DNA of 64,000 bases from an uncultured cyanobacterium (GTDB taxonomy: Bacteria > Cyanobacteriota > Cyanobacteriia > Cyanobacteriales > CAWUOF01), in contig CAVUSO010000001.1 of the NCBI GenBank assembly GCA_963744145.1, forward strand, positions 576,001 to 640,000, in the 5' to 3' direction. The first letter of the stretch is position 1. Each line of letters begins with the position of its first letter. Both the position numbers and the translations under genes were made by a program. Positions 29,295 to 42,389 of the stretch are shown here, piece by piece. A model generated the notes under the pieces. That model did not search any database, had not been told where the DNA came from, and saw only the letters and a program-made list of their open reading frames with translations.

Positions 29295-30365
29295 TTAGAA
29301 ACGAGAGATAAAATTAATCGGAGAAAGAGTAGGATTGAGCATAGTGGGACTAATCCCAGCGCGATGAGCAACCAAAACGCCCAGTGCCTCTAAATAAGAG
29401 TTTACCTGTAATGCCTTGATTCCCAATTTTTCCGGTGGAACTTTCATTTTAGTGGTATTTTCCCTAACTGCAATCATCAGCACTGATAATTGACTCAAAC
29501 TCAATACCGCACTGCCACCACAAGCTGTCGCGGGTACAATTAAAGCATCGACATGGGTATTCCAGATCTGTTCCGGGGTAGGAATTAGCTGGGGATGGTT
29601 AGAAATAAACTGGGGAGCCCGACTTAAACCTACCAGAACACAAGGTAAAAAAGTGTATCCCAATTCTTCTGCTGCGGCTCGCGGTGAGAGATGGGGGTCA
29701 ATCGGTAGCGGTAATAAAGCTGGAGCATGAGCGCAGGGAATTTGAAAAGTCCGGACGATCAAATGACTAATCACTGCTTCTGCACCAGCTAAAGGATCGA
29801 CACCTTGTCCATGTCGATACTGAGCCAGAGCTTCACTGTCGGGATCATCAGGAAATCTTGTCACTACAGCGATCGCTTCTACTTTCCCATGTTTAATCAG
29901 TGCTGCTGCGGCTCGCAACAGACTATCGGGATGACCAATTGTCCCCCAACTAGCACCAGTAGCAGATGTACGCAGTTCTACTTGCAGAGCTGTATCGGTA
30001 ACAATATAATCTGTTAGGTTCACACCTAAAGTTGCTCTGGTTGCATCGGCTGCTTGTAAGTGTCGCAATCTTAGCTCTGGTTCAATCCCCGCATCCAGAA
30101 TTAAACCGATCCGATTTTGGTGAACTGGTTGTAATCCCCAACATCCCGCTGCAAATTGGTCTAGTCCGTAACCTTCCACATAGAAAATCTGTTCAGATGA
30201 CCAATATAATTGAGCACCATTAAGAACATTGGGGTGGGTAATCAAGCGATCGCTTATCGACGCGATCGCTCGAGCTACCGGTAAAGCATCTCCAGCATAA
30301 CCGCCGATCGCTGCTCCAATTCCGGTGGGGACAATGAGGACGACTGTATAAGGACGACGATTCAC
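29295..30365 (-). CDS. DUF3326 domain protein
   Basis: VPTGIGAAIGGYAGDA, THPNVLNGA, AAAEELGYTFLPC. Confidence 0.9.
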   Translation of the reverse strand: MNRRPYTVVLIVPTGIGAAIGGYAGDALPVARAIASISDRLITHPNVLNGAQLYWSSEQIFYVEGYGLDQFAAGCWGLQPVHQNRIGLILDAGIEPELRLRHLQAADATRATLGVNLTDYIVTDTALQVELRTSATGASWGTIGHPDSLLRAAAALIKHGKVEAIAVVTRFPDDPDSEALAQYRHGQGVDPLAGAEAVISHLIVRTFQIPCAHAPALLPLPIDPHLSPRAAAEELGYTFLPCVLVGLSRAPQFISNHPQLIPTPEQIWNTHVDALIVPATACGGSAVLSLSQLSVLMIAVRENTTKMKVPPEKLGIKALQVNSYLEALGVLVAHRAGISPTMLNPTLSPINFISRF

Positions 30366-30556
30366 CGTGAGCTAACAACATCAGTTTTAACTGTCACCAC
30401 TCCTTCCACGGTGACTTTTTGTTGTTCTTCATCAATCTGAGTAATTGCCCAGCGTAAAGGTTCTCCCTGTTGTTGTAAAGTCTTAGCAATTGCTGCTGCT
30501 AAATCTACAGGTGACTCTTGGATATCTATTTCTGCGGTAATAAAATGTGTCGTCAT
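30362..30556 (-). CDS. conserved small hypothetical protein
   Basis: GEPLRWAIT motif; 4-nt overlap with the DUF3326 gene. Confidence 0.75.
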   Translation of the reverse strand: MTTHFITAEIDIQESPVDLAAAIAKTLQQQGEPLRWAITQIDEEQQKVTVEGVVTVKTDVVSSR

Positions 30557-30644
30557 GAGTTTAGGTTGAATTTCTGGTTTGATTTCGGACTATGTTAATC
30601 TAGCCGGGGTCTGAAACCCCTGGCAAACTAAAACTTGCTAAATT

Positions 30645-30971
30645 CTACTTTTTTTGGTGTTGACCAAATTGTAGTTCATAAACAGTATCTTCCATTCCTG
30701 TCTCAATTTTCAAGTCAGAACGAGGATAAGCTACGCATAACAATACATAACCTTGTTTTTGTAATTGGGGACTCACTCCCATTCCTTCAGTTTGCTCGAC
30801 TTCTCCGGTGATAATCTTTCCTGCACAAGTGGTACAGACTCCTGCATTGCAAGAATTAGGTAAACCGAGTTTAGCATCTTCAGCTACTTTGAGAATGGTT
30901 TGATCCTCTGGGACTTCGAGCTGGTAGGTAGTTTTTTCGTGGATAATTTCCACCTTGTAAGTCTTGGACAT
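30645..30971 (-). CDS. 2Fe-2S ferredoxin (Fed2/FdC2-like)
   Basis: SCNAGVCTTC, LLCVAYPRSD, VYELQFG tail. Confidence 0.92.
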   Translation of the reverse strand: MSKTYKVEIIHEKTTYQLEVPEDQTILKVAEDAKLGLPNSCNAGVCTTCAGKIITGEVEQTEGMGVSPQLQKQGYVLLCVAYPRSDLKIETGMEDTVYELQFGQHQKK

Positions 30972-31034
30972 AGATTTGAGCGCGATCTTTCTAAATGAAT
31001 CAGCCAAGTTAACATCTTAACTCGTTTGGTGATT

Positions 31035-32744
31035 CTAATCTAGTCCCGCTGATTTGAGTATTTTTTGTAATAAATCTATATTAACATTAATATCGGCAAT
31101 TATAGATGTCTGTGAATGAGGAACTCCATCACCAATTAAACTATAATAATCTAAGTCTACATATTGGCTAATTTCTCGATAATAAGGCATTTGATAGATG
31201 GGTGAAAGAAATTCTATTACTTTGGTTCCCGGTTGACAAAATACAATATTTGCTAATCCAGCTCCATGGGGTCCAATGACAAATTTTGCCTTAGCAAAAA
31301 GTAATACTTGCTCTTGGACTGACATTGATTCTAAAATGACAGGTTTAAATCCATAAGGAGCTAATAATTGCATCACTTTGTCTTCATTGATCACATGACG
31401 ACGTTGGGCTTTTTTTCTACTGATATAAATTCGGTCTTTGGGATTTTCTAAATTCTGGTTAGGTAAAAATGTCTGTCTCAGAAAATTACTAGAAAATCTA
31501 TTCCACCCAGCTCCAATGGGTACAATTAAATTTTCACCTTGAATATGCGGATATTGCTCATTGGTGATAATTTTGTGAGTTGGAATTCCTAAAAAATTTA
31601 GGGTTTCTTGTTGAAATTGTTTCTGATCACCAATGACTACAAATTTATCGATATCTTCTAAGTCAATATGATAGTCTCGCATAATTTGCAGACGTGGTAG
31701 AGAGTCAAACATCCAATGATAATAATTTTGACTCCAACGTGCTGTTAAAAGAACCACTTTTCCCTGAATATAATAAGCTGCTGGTAAGGTTTGCTCAGAT
31801 ATAATAAATTGATATAATTTGCCTTCGCAAACATCAGCAATAATTCTATCCTGGGAATTGAAAATAATTACTTTTTCGTCGGGTTCTACCCAAGCTCTAG
31901 CATTGTTTAAGATTCCAATAAATTTACTCGGAGGTTCTGGATCAGCAAAGAATACCTGTTGTTCTATTTGAATTAATTCACAATATTGTTTCAATAAATT
32001 GCGTGGTAGTCGATGATTATGACATTCATGAGCATCATCCATCTTTCCTAATTTACCCATAATGTGACTTAAAGGAGAGTAGACTTTAGTAGTATTTGGT
32101 TCAATTCGTAATACTTGTAAATAGTTGATAATCGCTTGGTCAAATTTACCTTGATACTGGAAAACATCACCCAAATTTAAGTAAGCATCAGCAAAATTAG
32201 GATTGTAAGCGATCGCAAGTTGATAATTCCTCACCCCTTCCTCGAATTGTTCCAGTTCAATTAAAGTATTACCTCGACTATAATAAGCTTGAGCAAAATT
32301 TGGCTGAAGTGCGATCGCTTGATTATAATGATCCAGTGCTTCTACTAATTTACCTTGTTGACGATAGATAATCCCTAAATTCAAATAAATAGCTGCATCT
32401 TGACATAATTTTAATGCTTGGTGATAGATGTCTAATGCTGGTTCTAATTTCTTTTGTGCAACCAGAATCCGACCTAAATTTAGATACCAAGCGATCGCAG
32501 ACTCTAGACATCCTAATTGTTCATAAAGATGAGCAATTTGCCGATATAATGAGTGAGCATCAGGATTAAGCTCGACTGCTTTCTGATAAGCGCGAATTGC
32601 GGGATAAATTACTTGCTGCGATCGCCAAATATTGCCTAATTTTTCGTAACCTTCTGGGGACTGAGGTTTAATTTTAATCTCTTCCATCCAGAGGAAGATT
32701 TCTGGTTCAGTTCCTGGTTGATTTTCGGGAAATTTTGTCTTCAT
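31035..32744 (-). CDS. TPR protein with C-terminal glycosyltransferase family 61 (DUF563) domain
   Basis: TPR repeats; NYYHW, RIYISR, IGPHGAGLANIVF. Confidence 0.88.
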   Translation of the reverse strand: MKTKFPENQPGTEPEIFLWMEEIKIKPQSPEGYEKLGNIWRSQQVIYPAIRAYQKAVELNPDAHSLYRQIAHLYEQLGCLESAIAWYLNLGRILVAQKKLEPALDIYHQALKLCQDAAIYLNLGIIYRQQGKLVEALDHYNQAIALQPNFAQAYYSRGNTLIELEQFEEGVRNYQLAIAYNPNFADAYLNLGDVFQYQGKFDQAIINYLQVLRIEPNTTKVYSPLSHIMGKLGKMDDAHECHNHRLPRNLLKQYCELIQIEQQVFFADPEPPSKFIGILNNARAWVEPDEKVIIFNSQDRIIADVCEGKLYQFIISEQTLPAAYYIQGKVVLLTARWSQNYYHWMFDSLPRLQIMRDYHIDLEDIDKFVVIGDQKQFQQETLNFLGIPTHKIITNEQYPHIQGENLIVPIGAGWNRFSSNFLRQTFLPNQNLENPKDRIYISRKKAQRRHVINEDKVMQLLAPYGFKPVILESMSVQEQVLLFAKAKFVIGPHGAGLANIVFCQPGTKVIEFLSPIYQMPYYREISQYVDLDYYSLIGDGVPHSQTSIIADINVNIDLLQKILKSAGLD

Positions 32745-32751
32745 TGGTAAC

Positions 32752-34115
32752 TTAAATTATTCCTCCAGATTTCATCAATTTTAATAAGGAGTCAATTTTC
32801 AGAAAAATATCTTCGATCGCGGGAGGATTAGGTGGTGGTTGTTCCTGATTAGTCCCAGTATAATACTCTTGTAAATTATCACCAATCAAGGCATAATAGT
32901 CGAGATTAACATTATGACTAATTATTTTATAAGCTGGAAAACAACAACCAGGGGCAATAATTTCAATAATCTTAGTACCAGGATTACAAAAAACTATATT
33001 AGCAAGTCCTGCACCATGGGGTGCAATCACAATTTTAGCCGTAGATAATAATGCTACTTGTTCCAAAACTGAGAGAGATTCTAAACTTACAGATGTAAAC
33101 CCAAAATTATGTAAAAAATTAACAATTTCATCTTCATTAACAAGTTTACGATAGGATGCTTTTGCCCGACTGATAAAAATCCGCTCATCGCAAGGATCTT
33201 GCTTGATTTTTATTCGGTTTAAAAATTTATCTCTTAAGTAGAGACAGGATCGGTTAAAATTTTTAAATCCACCAATCATCGGGACAAATAAGTTTTCAGC
33301 TTGAATATGAGGAAATTGATCGCTATTAATAATTTTTTGGGTCGGAATACCTAAGATTTCTAAAATTTGTTGTTGAAAGGAGTAACCATAATCACTAAAT
33401 ATAAACCAATCAATCGAATCTAAATTGATATTAGCATAACTCAACACTCCCAAACGAGGTACACAATCGAATAACCAATGATAATAATTAAAGCTCCATC
33501 GAGTTGCTAAAAAAGCCATATTTCCTTTCCAATTATGAGGAGATGTTAATTGTTCAGAATAATGCAGAAAATAAGGGATATTCCCATCACAAAGATCAGC
33601 GACAACTTGATGATTTGAATTAATGATAGCGATGACTTTTTTTTGCACCCAAGCTCTTCCATTAATTAATCGCATGACAAAAGAATTTTCTGGTTGATTT
33701 TGAAGAAAAGTTACTCGGTTTTGTCCATCTGGAATTAATTCACAAAACAATTTTAATAAATTAGGTGATAATCTACTTCGATAACAGTAATTAGCATCGT
33801 CTACCTTATTTTGCTGAATCATAATATCTCTTAAACCAAAGAAAACACCTGGGTAATCAGGTTTAATCTTGATAATATTAAGGTAACAAATAATTGCTTG
33901 CTCAAATTGTTTTAAGTGAAAATATATCTGAGCTAATGCGTAATATGATGGGGCTAAATTAGGATTAATTTCTAATGCTTTCCAATAGGAACGAATTGCG
34001 GATGAAACTTTTTTTGAGAATACAAGCAATTTCCTAATGTATGGTAGAGAGATGCGGATTCAGGTTGAATTTTAATATTTTCAAAACAGGTAAGAATTTG
34101 TGAAGTAACTGTCAT
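32752..34115 (-). pseudogene. second TPR + GT61 protein, frameshift in an A7 run at 34009-34015
   Basis: MTVTSQ...GNCLYSQKK joins VSSAIRSYWKALEINP if the run were A8; NYYHW, RIFISR, PHGAGLANIVF. Confidence 0.8.
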
Positions 34116-34302
34116 ATAATTAAGGTAATGCAGATGAGATTTTTTGGAGATAGTAGTTGGTAGAGAATGATAAGATCGCTGAAGCGCAACTATATACCTG
34201 TATTGTAGTATAACATATTTTTTACTCATGATCAACATTGAGCAAAAAAAAGCGCCTGGAATCACACAGACGCTGAAACTTAATCGATAATTAAAGGCTA
34301 AA

Positions 34303-35253
34303 CTAACCTTCAAGAGCGTTAGCACCACCGACAACTTCCAGGATTTCCTGGGTAATCGCAGCTTGTCTTGCTTTGTTATAAGTGAGGGTGAGAGTACCAA
34401 TCAGTTCACTAGCATTATCACTAGCATTATTCATCGCGGTCATTCTTGCTGCTAATTCACTAGCTGCTGACTCTTGGAGAGCGCGGAGTAACTGATTATT
34501 CAGATATAGAGGTAAAAGAGCATCAAGAATTTGAGCTGGATCTTGCTCAAATATCATGTCTCGTGGTAGTTCTTTGACGGGAGTAGTAACCTTGTCCCGC
34601 GTTACCTCAAAGTGTCCTTCCCGAGAAGTAAGACGGAAAATTTCATCATCTTTTGCTTCTAATCCTTGTGGATCAAGAGGAAGCAGTGTTTGAATCGCTG
34701 GTTTAGAGCTAATCAAAGAAACAAATCTGGTATAAACCAATTCAATCCGATCGACACTTTCAGACAAAAATAGGGAAAGTAACTCATCTGCTACTTCCCT
34801 TGCTTCTGCTGCTGTGGGAATTTGTTCTAGTCCCGTATAAGTAGCATCAATCGGTTGTTGACGACGTTGGAAATATTGGATTGCTTTGCGTCCAACGATT
34901 ACATATCTATAATCGAGCCCTTCTGCTTTTATTTCTTTGGCGCGGTTTTCAGCCCGACGAATCACGTTAGTGTTATAGGCACCACACAAACCCCGATCGC
35001 CGGAAATTACTAGCAAACCAACGGTTTTTATTTCCCTTTTTTTTAACAAGGGCAGATCAACATCTTCAAACCGAAGACGAGTTTGCAATCCATACAGAAC
35101 CTGGGCTAATCGATCGGCAAAAGGACGAGTAGCAATTACCTGCTCTTGCGCTCTCCGCACCCGAGCAGCAGCTACTAGACGCATTGCTTCGGTAATTTTG
35201 CGAGTATTTTTGACCGACTTAATGCGATCGCGAATGATTTTTAGATTGGCCAT
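34303..35253 (-). CDS. atpG: ATP synthase F1 gamma subunit (cyanobacterial atpC)
   Basis: [30 protein letters not shown]. Confidence 0.98.
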   Translation of the reverse strand: MANLKIIRDRIKSVKNTRKITEAMRLVAAARVRRAQEQVIATRPFADRLAQVLYGLQTRLRFEDVDLPLLKKREIKTVGLLVISGDRGLCGAYNTNVIRRAENRAKEIKAEGLDYRYVIVGRKAIQYFQRRQQPIDATYTGLEQIPTAAEAREVADELLSLFLSESVDRIELVYTRFVSLISSKPAIQTLLPLDPQGLEAKDDEIFRLTSREGHFEVTRDKVTTPVKELPRDMIFEQDPAQILDALLPLYLNNQLLRALQESAASELAARMTAMNNASDNASELIGTLTLTYNKARQAAITQEILEVVGGANALEG

Positions 35254-35314
35254 AATATTTAGACTGGGAATGGGGATAGGAGAAAACAGAAGTCAGAGAC
35301 TTCTGTATTCTGAA

Positions 35315-36850
<1,536 letters not shown>

Positions 36851-36891
36851 TTAATAGTTGACTAATTGCTAATAGTTTGTGCAGCTATTAG

Positions 36892-37446
36892 CTAGGTGGC
36901 ACTACTTAAGCGCAGACTAATGCGACGCAGTTGTCCGCGTAAGCTCGCGTCAATGATTTGGGAACCAACTTTGACGATTACACCCCCAATTAATTCAGGA
37001 TCAATCGTAGTTCTGAATTCCACATTCTGAGCAGTTGTCAGTTGGAGAACTTTTTGCCGCACCGATTGTTCTTGCTCTTCACTTAAAGCGATCGCCGCAG
37101 TAATTTCGGCTAGAACTGTTTGATTTAGCTCGCGCAACAACACCAGATATTGTTCGCAAATTTCCGCTAGAAAGATAATCCGACGCCGATCTACTAACAG
37201 CTTTAAAAAGTTCAGCGAAAAATGATGAACTTGCTCACCAATAATGCGCTCAATTACAGCTTTTTTATTCTCTTCTGTCACGAAGGGATTAGCGAGTAAA
37301 ACATTTAGTTCTGGTGAACTTTTCAGCAGCTCAATTAATCCCCTCACATCATTACCAATTTGTTCAGTGATGTTGTGAGTTTTAGCAATCGACATGAGCG
37401 CTTGTGCGTAAGGTTCAGCTACCTCAGCACTAACTATTCCTTTCAT
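36892..37446 (-). CDS. atpH: ATP synthase F1 delta subunit (cyanobacterial atpD)
   Basis: AEPYAQAL, DPELIGG, IDASLRGQL; operon position. Confidence 0.95.
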   Translation of the reverse strand: MKGIVSAEVAEPYAQALMSIAKTHNITEQIGNDVRGLIELLKSSPELNVLLANPFVTEENKKAVIERIIGEQVHHFSLNFLKLLVDRRRIIFLAEICEQYLVLLRELNQTVLAEITAAIALSEEQEQSVRQKVLQLTTAQNVEFRTTIDPELIGGVIVKVGSQIIDASLRGQLRRISLRLSSAT

Positions 37447-38003
37447 CGGCTATCTCCTAATAAAACTATGCTACGATCAATTAATTTTTGTTGAGCGTAG
37501 TGATCTAGCCGATCTTTGAGTTGAGTTTCTACTTTTTCTAGTGCTAAAGCACTTACCCTTTGACGCAGTTCGGCGATCGCTCGCTCTCTTTCTGAGTCTA
37601 AATCTTTCACCGCGTCTGCTTGTAAACGAATTACATCAGCATCAGCTTGAGCTAAAATTGCTTCTCTAGCTGCTTTTGCTCTTGCTTCTGCTTCCGTGCG
37701 AATTTTTTCTGCTTCTGCTTGAGCTTGAGTCAGTTTTTGTTGAGCATCAGATAGAGCTTCTGCTGCTTTCGCAACTCGATCTTCTGCTTCTTTAATTGCT
37801 GTTTCTATGTTGGTACGTCTTTCTGTCAATATCCTACCCAGAAAATCCCGTCCGAAGTAAATTAGGATACCTATAACTATGGCAAGGTTGATGATGTTAG
37901 TTTCAAAAATGTCAAAGTTTAAGCCAAACCCACCTTCGGACTCTTTTTCTGCTAATTCCGCAGCCGCAGCACTAGCTATTGCTAGCCATCCAAATGTCCC
38001 CAT
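37443..38003 (-). CDS. atpF: ATP synthase F0 subunit b
   Basis: FGLNFDIFETNIINLAI plus coiled coil. Confidence 0.95.
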   Translation of the reverse strand: MGTFGWLAIASAAAAELAEKESEGGFGLNFDIFETNIINLAIVIGILIYFGRDFLGRILTERRTNIETAIKEAEDRVAKAAEALSDAQQKLTQAQAEAEKIRTEAEARAKAAREAILAQADADVIRLQADAVKDLDSERERAIAELRQRVSALALEKVETQLKDRLDHYAQQKLIDRSIVLLGDSR

Positions 38004-38076
38004 GTTCTCCAATTCCTAACTGCGTTTTTGCCCTAGTTGATGTTTTTTAAACATCAGACTATTGAACTTTGAACTT

Positions 38077-38565
38077 CTATCGGTTTACTAGTTCTGCACC
38101 CAATAGTTTTTCGAGAATTTGACGACTAAGTCCGTCTATTTGTTGTTCTAAATTACTCATTGCTGCTTGTTTTTGCTGTTCAATTTCTTGAGCAGCTATT
38201 TCTCTTTTTGCTTGAGCTTCTTGTTGAGCTTCGGCAATTTTTTGAGCAGCGATCTTTTGAGCTTCTGCTTGAGCAGTTGTAATTGTGGCTTGGGCTTGTT
38301 TCCGAGTTAGACCTAGTTCTTGTTCGTATTGTTCAGCTAATTTTTCAGCTTTAGACAATCTTTCTTTAGCATCTACTTTCTTGTGACGGACGTATTCAGC
38401 CCGATCATCGATCGCTTTGCTTAGAGGTTTGTACAAGAGCTGATTTAGCACGAACATCAAAACTAAAAACTGAATGGCCATGACGGGCAGAGTCGGACCG
38501 ATATCAAATAATCCTCCCTCTTTTTTAACTGCCTCAACAGCCAACAGAATGGTCGAGTCTATCAT
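38077..38565 (-). CDS. atpF2: ATP synthase F0 subunit b' (cyanobacterial atpG)
   Basis: [22 protein letters not shown]; operon position. Confidence 0.93.
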   Translation of the reverse strand: MIDSTILLAVEAVKKEGGLFDIGPTLPVMAIQFLVLMFVLNQLLYKPLSKAIDDRAEYVRHKKVDAKERLSKAEKLAEQYEQELGLTRKQAQATITTAQAEAQKIAAQKIAEAQQEAQAKREIAAQEIEQQKQAAMSNLEQQIDGLSRQILEKLLGAELVNR

Positions 38566-38611
38566 TTTTGGTTCCCAATATGCTCTGGAACTATCAGATG
38601 GATGATTAGGG

Positions 38612-38641
38612 GGTAGAGACTCGATCGCTCTTGTCTCTACC
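38612..38641. repeat. intergenic hairpin GGTAGAGAC..GTCTCTACC
   Basis: Stem-loop downstream of atpE. Confidence 0.5.
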
Positions 38642-38657
38642 TACATTAGTGTTGCTA

Positions 38658-39008
<351 letters not shown>

Positions 39009-39104
39009 CTAGCAATTACTGCTTTTGCCAATCTGAGCAAAACTACTGGCTAAGAAAACTAATTGTTAGTTATCAACCCTTAGCTAGTTTTTGCTTTTCT
39101 GAAT

Positions 39105-39866
39105 TTAGTGGTGTTCCTCATGCTCACCACCATGCCCCTCCATTGCTTCGCCAATATAGACGCCGGCTAAGGTGGAGAAAATCAGCGCCTGAATTGCACT
39201 GGTAAATAATCCTAATAACATGACTGGCAAGGGAATAAACAGGGGCACTAGCAATACTAAGACTGCGACCACTAGTTCATCCGCCAAAATGTTACCAAAT
39301 AGACGGAAGCTCAGGGAGAGGGGCTTGGTAAAATCTTCCAAAATATTGATGGGCAATAAAATCGGCGTGGGCTGAATATATTTGGCAAAGTATTCTAAGC
39401 CGCGTTTTTTAAACCCAGCATAGAAATAAGCCAAAGATGTCAGCAACGCTAGTGCCACAGTGGTGTTGATGTCATTGGTGGGGGCTGCTAGCTCACCCGC
39501 CGGTATATGGATCAACTTCCAAGGAATCAGAGCGCCCGACCAATTTGAAATAAAGATGAACAAAAACAACGTACCAATAAATGGCACCCAAGGGCGATAT
39601 TCTTTTTCACCAATCTGGTTTTTCGCTATATCTCGAATAAATTCCAGGGCAAATTCCATGAAATTTTGCATCCCGCTCGGAACGCGCTGGATGTTACGAG
39701 TCCCTGCGATCGTGGCGATGAGCAAGATGGTAATGACTAACCAAGAGGTAATCAATACTTGCCCATGTACTTTCAGGTTGCCGATTTGCCAGTATAAATG
39801 CTGGCCAAGTTCTAATTTGGCGAGGGGGAAAAAATTAATGGTGGTTAAACTGGTTAGCATTTCCAT
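39105..39866 (-). CDS. atpB: ATP synthase F0 subunit a (cyanobacterial atpI)
   Basis: [28 protein letters not shown]. Confidence 0.98.
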   Translation of the reverse strand: MEMLTSLTTINFFPLAKLELGQHLYWQIGNLKVHGQVLITSWLVITILLIATIAGTRNIQRVPSGMQNFMEFALEFIRDIAKNQIGEKEYRPWVPFIGTLFLFIFISNWSGALIPWKLIHIPAGELAAPTNDINTTVALALLTSLAYFYAGFKKRGLEYFAKYIQPTPILLPINILEDFTKPLSLSFRLFGNILADELVVAVLVLLVPLFIPLPVMLLGLFTSAIQALIFSTLAGVYIGEAMEGHGGEHEEHH

Positions 39867-39909
39867 TCAAGAGGTTTCCCCAGGGTTCTAGGAGTGGCTT
39901 ATGCCCAAG

Positions 39910-40362
39910 CTACATCCCTGAGCGTGATGTAGGTGTAATGACAGTGCGGAGTAAATAAGCTAGGACTGTCACTTTATAGGTCAGAAAACCCAAAAATATG
40001 GGCAGAATCTGGAGCTGTTTCAATTGAGTTGAAGCTATAATCAACCCAACAAATAAAGCCAAGCGAGCTTTACTCAGATGCTGATTTTCTGTGCCGAGAC
40101 GCTCAACGTCTTTCGCCATCATTCTTAAGTAAATCACACCCGTGCAAGCCCCAAGCAAATAATTGAGAGCAACGCTTAGGGAATAAACGAGCCAAACAGA
40201 GATAAAAATTATCCCTATAAAAACAAGAGTGCCCAGCAATAAGAATTGTTGGAGTTGATAAAACTCTTGCAGAGAATGGTTTGGTTCTGACGAGAGAGAG
40301 CCAGATTGGGGCACAAGTCCCGTTTCTGGAATGGGTTGGATAGGTTCGTCTGGCGAGATCAC
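39910..40362 (-). CDS. atpI: ATP synthase protein I (atp1)
   Basis: [23 protein letters not shown]; first gene of operon; GTG start uncertain. Confidence 0.88.
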   Translation of the reverse strand: MISPDEPIQPIPETGLVPQSGSLSSEPNHSLQEFYQLQQFLLLGTLVFIGIIFISVWLVYSLSVALNYLLGACTGVIYLRMMAKDVERLGTENQHLSKARLALFVGLIIASTQLKQLQILPIFLGFLTYKVTVLAYLLRTVITPTSRSGM

Positions 40363-40450
40363 CGAGTTTAGCTGGGATATGCAGGCCATTGGCAATCATA
40401 TCATGGTGGTGTAACCATCCGAAACCAGACTTTTTCTACTAATTCCTTTT

Positions 40451-41638
40451 TTATTTTTTGCTGGGGCTAGGTGTGAGTAAAATTAGTTGTTGGGAAAAAA
40501 GCGATCGCACTACCCCCAATTCCAGGTTTAAATTACTGAGAATTGTCCCGACTGGTTTTGGCTCATTCTGGTCGATCGCTTGCATAAACTCGAATTCTGG
40601 TTCGGATAAATTGACGACTTGGTACTCATAATTAAATAGGCAACGGCTGGGCCATCCATTGATACAGGGATGAAGTTCTGCGATCGCTTGAAGTAATTCT
40701 TGATCATTTGACCAATCGGTTTTGGGGAGGGGAGAACGTCCCAGGAAAAATTCGTAATGGCTGATGTCTGGATCTAATAGTTCAATTAACTGATATCGTT
40801 CTCGATCGCTTAATTTTTCTACCCGTTCTAGTAAATCTGGTGCTTTCCCCAGTAATCGTTCGATTTGCCAATAGTTAGGGTTAGAAAAACCGATAAACTC
40901 TAATCCAGAAGCATCAATGAGGTCAAATAATGTGTTGATATTATAGTCAATCTCCTGGGGATGGACATACATATCGGCAAAATTAGCATCCTGATGATTT
41001 TCTAAGGACCAACGTTCTTTTTCTCGCTTGACAATACGGTTGTTTTCTGGTAAAGAAGCAAATATTTCCCGTCCGATTTTTACTCCCGCTTGGTAATCTC
41101 CTCGTTGATCACCTTGAAGGAGTGCGATCGCTTGTTGCATCAGTCGAATTTCCCAACGACCCAATTGAGCATAGACAAAGATGTGCATTAATCCACCCGG
41201 AGCTAATTTCGGAGCGATCGCTTGGATTCCTTTGAGTGGATCAGGTAAATGATGTAAGACCCCAACACAGTTGATCAAATCAAACTCACCAGGGATTTCT
41301 CCCACATCATAGAGACTGAGATGATGAAAACTGACCCGATTTGCACCTGAACGCTGACATCGTTCCCTAGCTATTTCTAAAGCACTACTACTTAAATCTA
41401 TTCCTGTAACTTCTGCTTGAGGGTTAAGATGAGCTAAATATTCAGTACCAACACCAGTACCACAACCAACATCAAGGATTTTAATATCTTGTTTAAGTGG
41501 TTTTTGACCCGTACAGAAACTATAAGCAGCTTGCCAATGCCAGCGCCAATTATAACCTGGAGGTGGTTCATCAAGCAAGGGTTCGGGTGGAAAAGGGTAA
41601 GTATCGTATAATTTTTGAACCGCTGAACTAATATCCAC
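40451..41638 (-). CDS. class I SAM-dependent methyltransferase
   Basis: ILDVGCGTG, FDLINCVGVLHHL. Confidence 0.9.
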   Translation of the reverse strand: MDISSAVQKLYDTYPFPPEPLLDEPPPGYNWRWHWQAAYSFCTGQKPLKQDIKILDVGCGTGVGTEYLAHLNPQAEVTGIDLSSSALEIARERCQRSGANRVSFHHLSLYDVGEIPGEFDLINCVGVLHHLPDPLKGIQAIAPKLAPGGLMHIFVYAQLGRWEIRLMQQAIALLQGDQRGDYQAGVKIGREIFASLPENNRIVKREKERWSLENHQDANFADMYVHPQEIDYNINTLFDLIDASGLEFIGFSNPNYWQIERLLGKAPDLLERVEKLSDRERYQLIELLDPDISHYEFFLGRSPLPKTDWSNDQELLQAIAELHPCINGWPSRCLFNYEYQVVNLSEPEFEFMQAIDQNEPKPVGTILSNLNLELGVVRSLFSQQLILLTPSPSKK

Positions 41639-41991
41639 AGCAATTTCCTAAACAGATTGAGTGTTTTTGTTCCAGTAGTATATGATATTTTCAGCTCAGG
41701 CCGATCGCGCGTGAGAAAATATCAGACGATCACCTAGATCAATAAAATTAAAAGCTCGCGATCGCCTAACATCAATTATTTCTGTCTGTAAATATAGCGA
41801 TTGCTATTCAAAGTTCCCCAGTTATCCATATCTGGAGAAGTGCGATCGCTGTTGAGACGGGTGGAGAGCGATCGCCTTTTAACAAACAGATGTGGAAGAA
41901 ATGGGGACAGCCTTTGGGAAATGATTGGTGCGATCACTTTTAGGATGCTATTGGGAGACTGCGATCGCGATTAGTTTAATATTGGGAGACT

Positions 41992-42090
41992 GCGATCGCC
42001 CCGCAGTAGTTCCGCTAATTCCGCTTCAGTAAAACTCAGCAAATCTCCACTATGACAGCAATCTAACCAAACAATCTGCTTTGGTTGTAA
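41992..42090 (-). pseudogene. short fragment of a caspase-like (peptidase C14) domain gene
   Basis: KQIVWLDCCHSGDLLSF resembles the catalytic-Cys motif of cyanobacterial caspase-like domains; no start or N-terminal half. Confidence 0.55.
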
Positions 42091-42094
42091 GCAA

Positions 42095-42218
42095 TAGACA
42101 AGAAAGCAAAAGTCCTTATTGATCAATTGATTGACAGGCAAGATGCCTGTCCCACCAGGAAAAATCACTTTTGTGGGACGGGCATCTTGCCCGTCCTATT
42201 TATTTTTGCAAGAGGATT
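42095..42218 (+). mobile_element. ~125-bp MITE-like element, copy A
   Basis: ACAGGCAAGATGCCTGTCCCAC palindromic core; inverted homolog at 43863-43986. Confidence 0.7.
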
Positions 42219-42389
42219 GTTAAGAAAGATGTGACTAATGGATAGCCTTTAGGTCGAGGCGTTGGGGGAGAGGTGTTCTGCTAGAATGAAACAGCACTGC
42301 TAAACTGGAGCAGTTCTGAGAAAACAATTCGCTGATTATCTAGAATTGCGATATTCTTAGTCCTTAGTCTTAATGGGTTGAGGGAACTG

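Noticed and set aside
33972-34400. 142-aa ORF overlapping the ATP synthase gamma gene
   Set aside because: Only its last ~47 codons (from ATG 34115) are meaningful, as the N-terminus of the frameshifted TPR-GT61 gene
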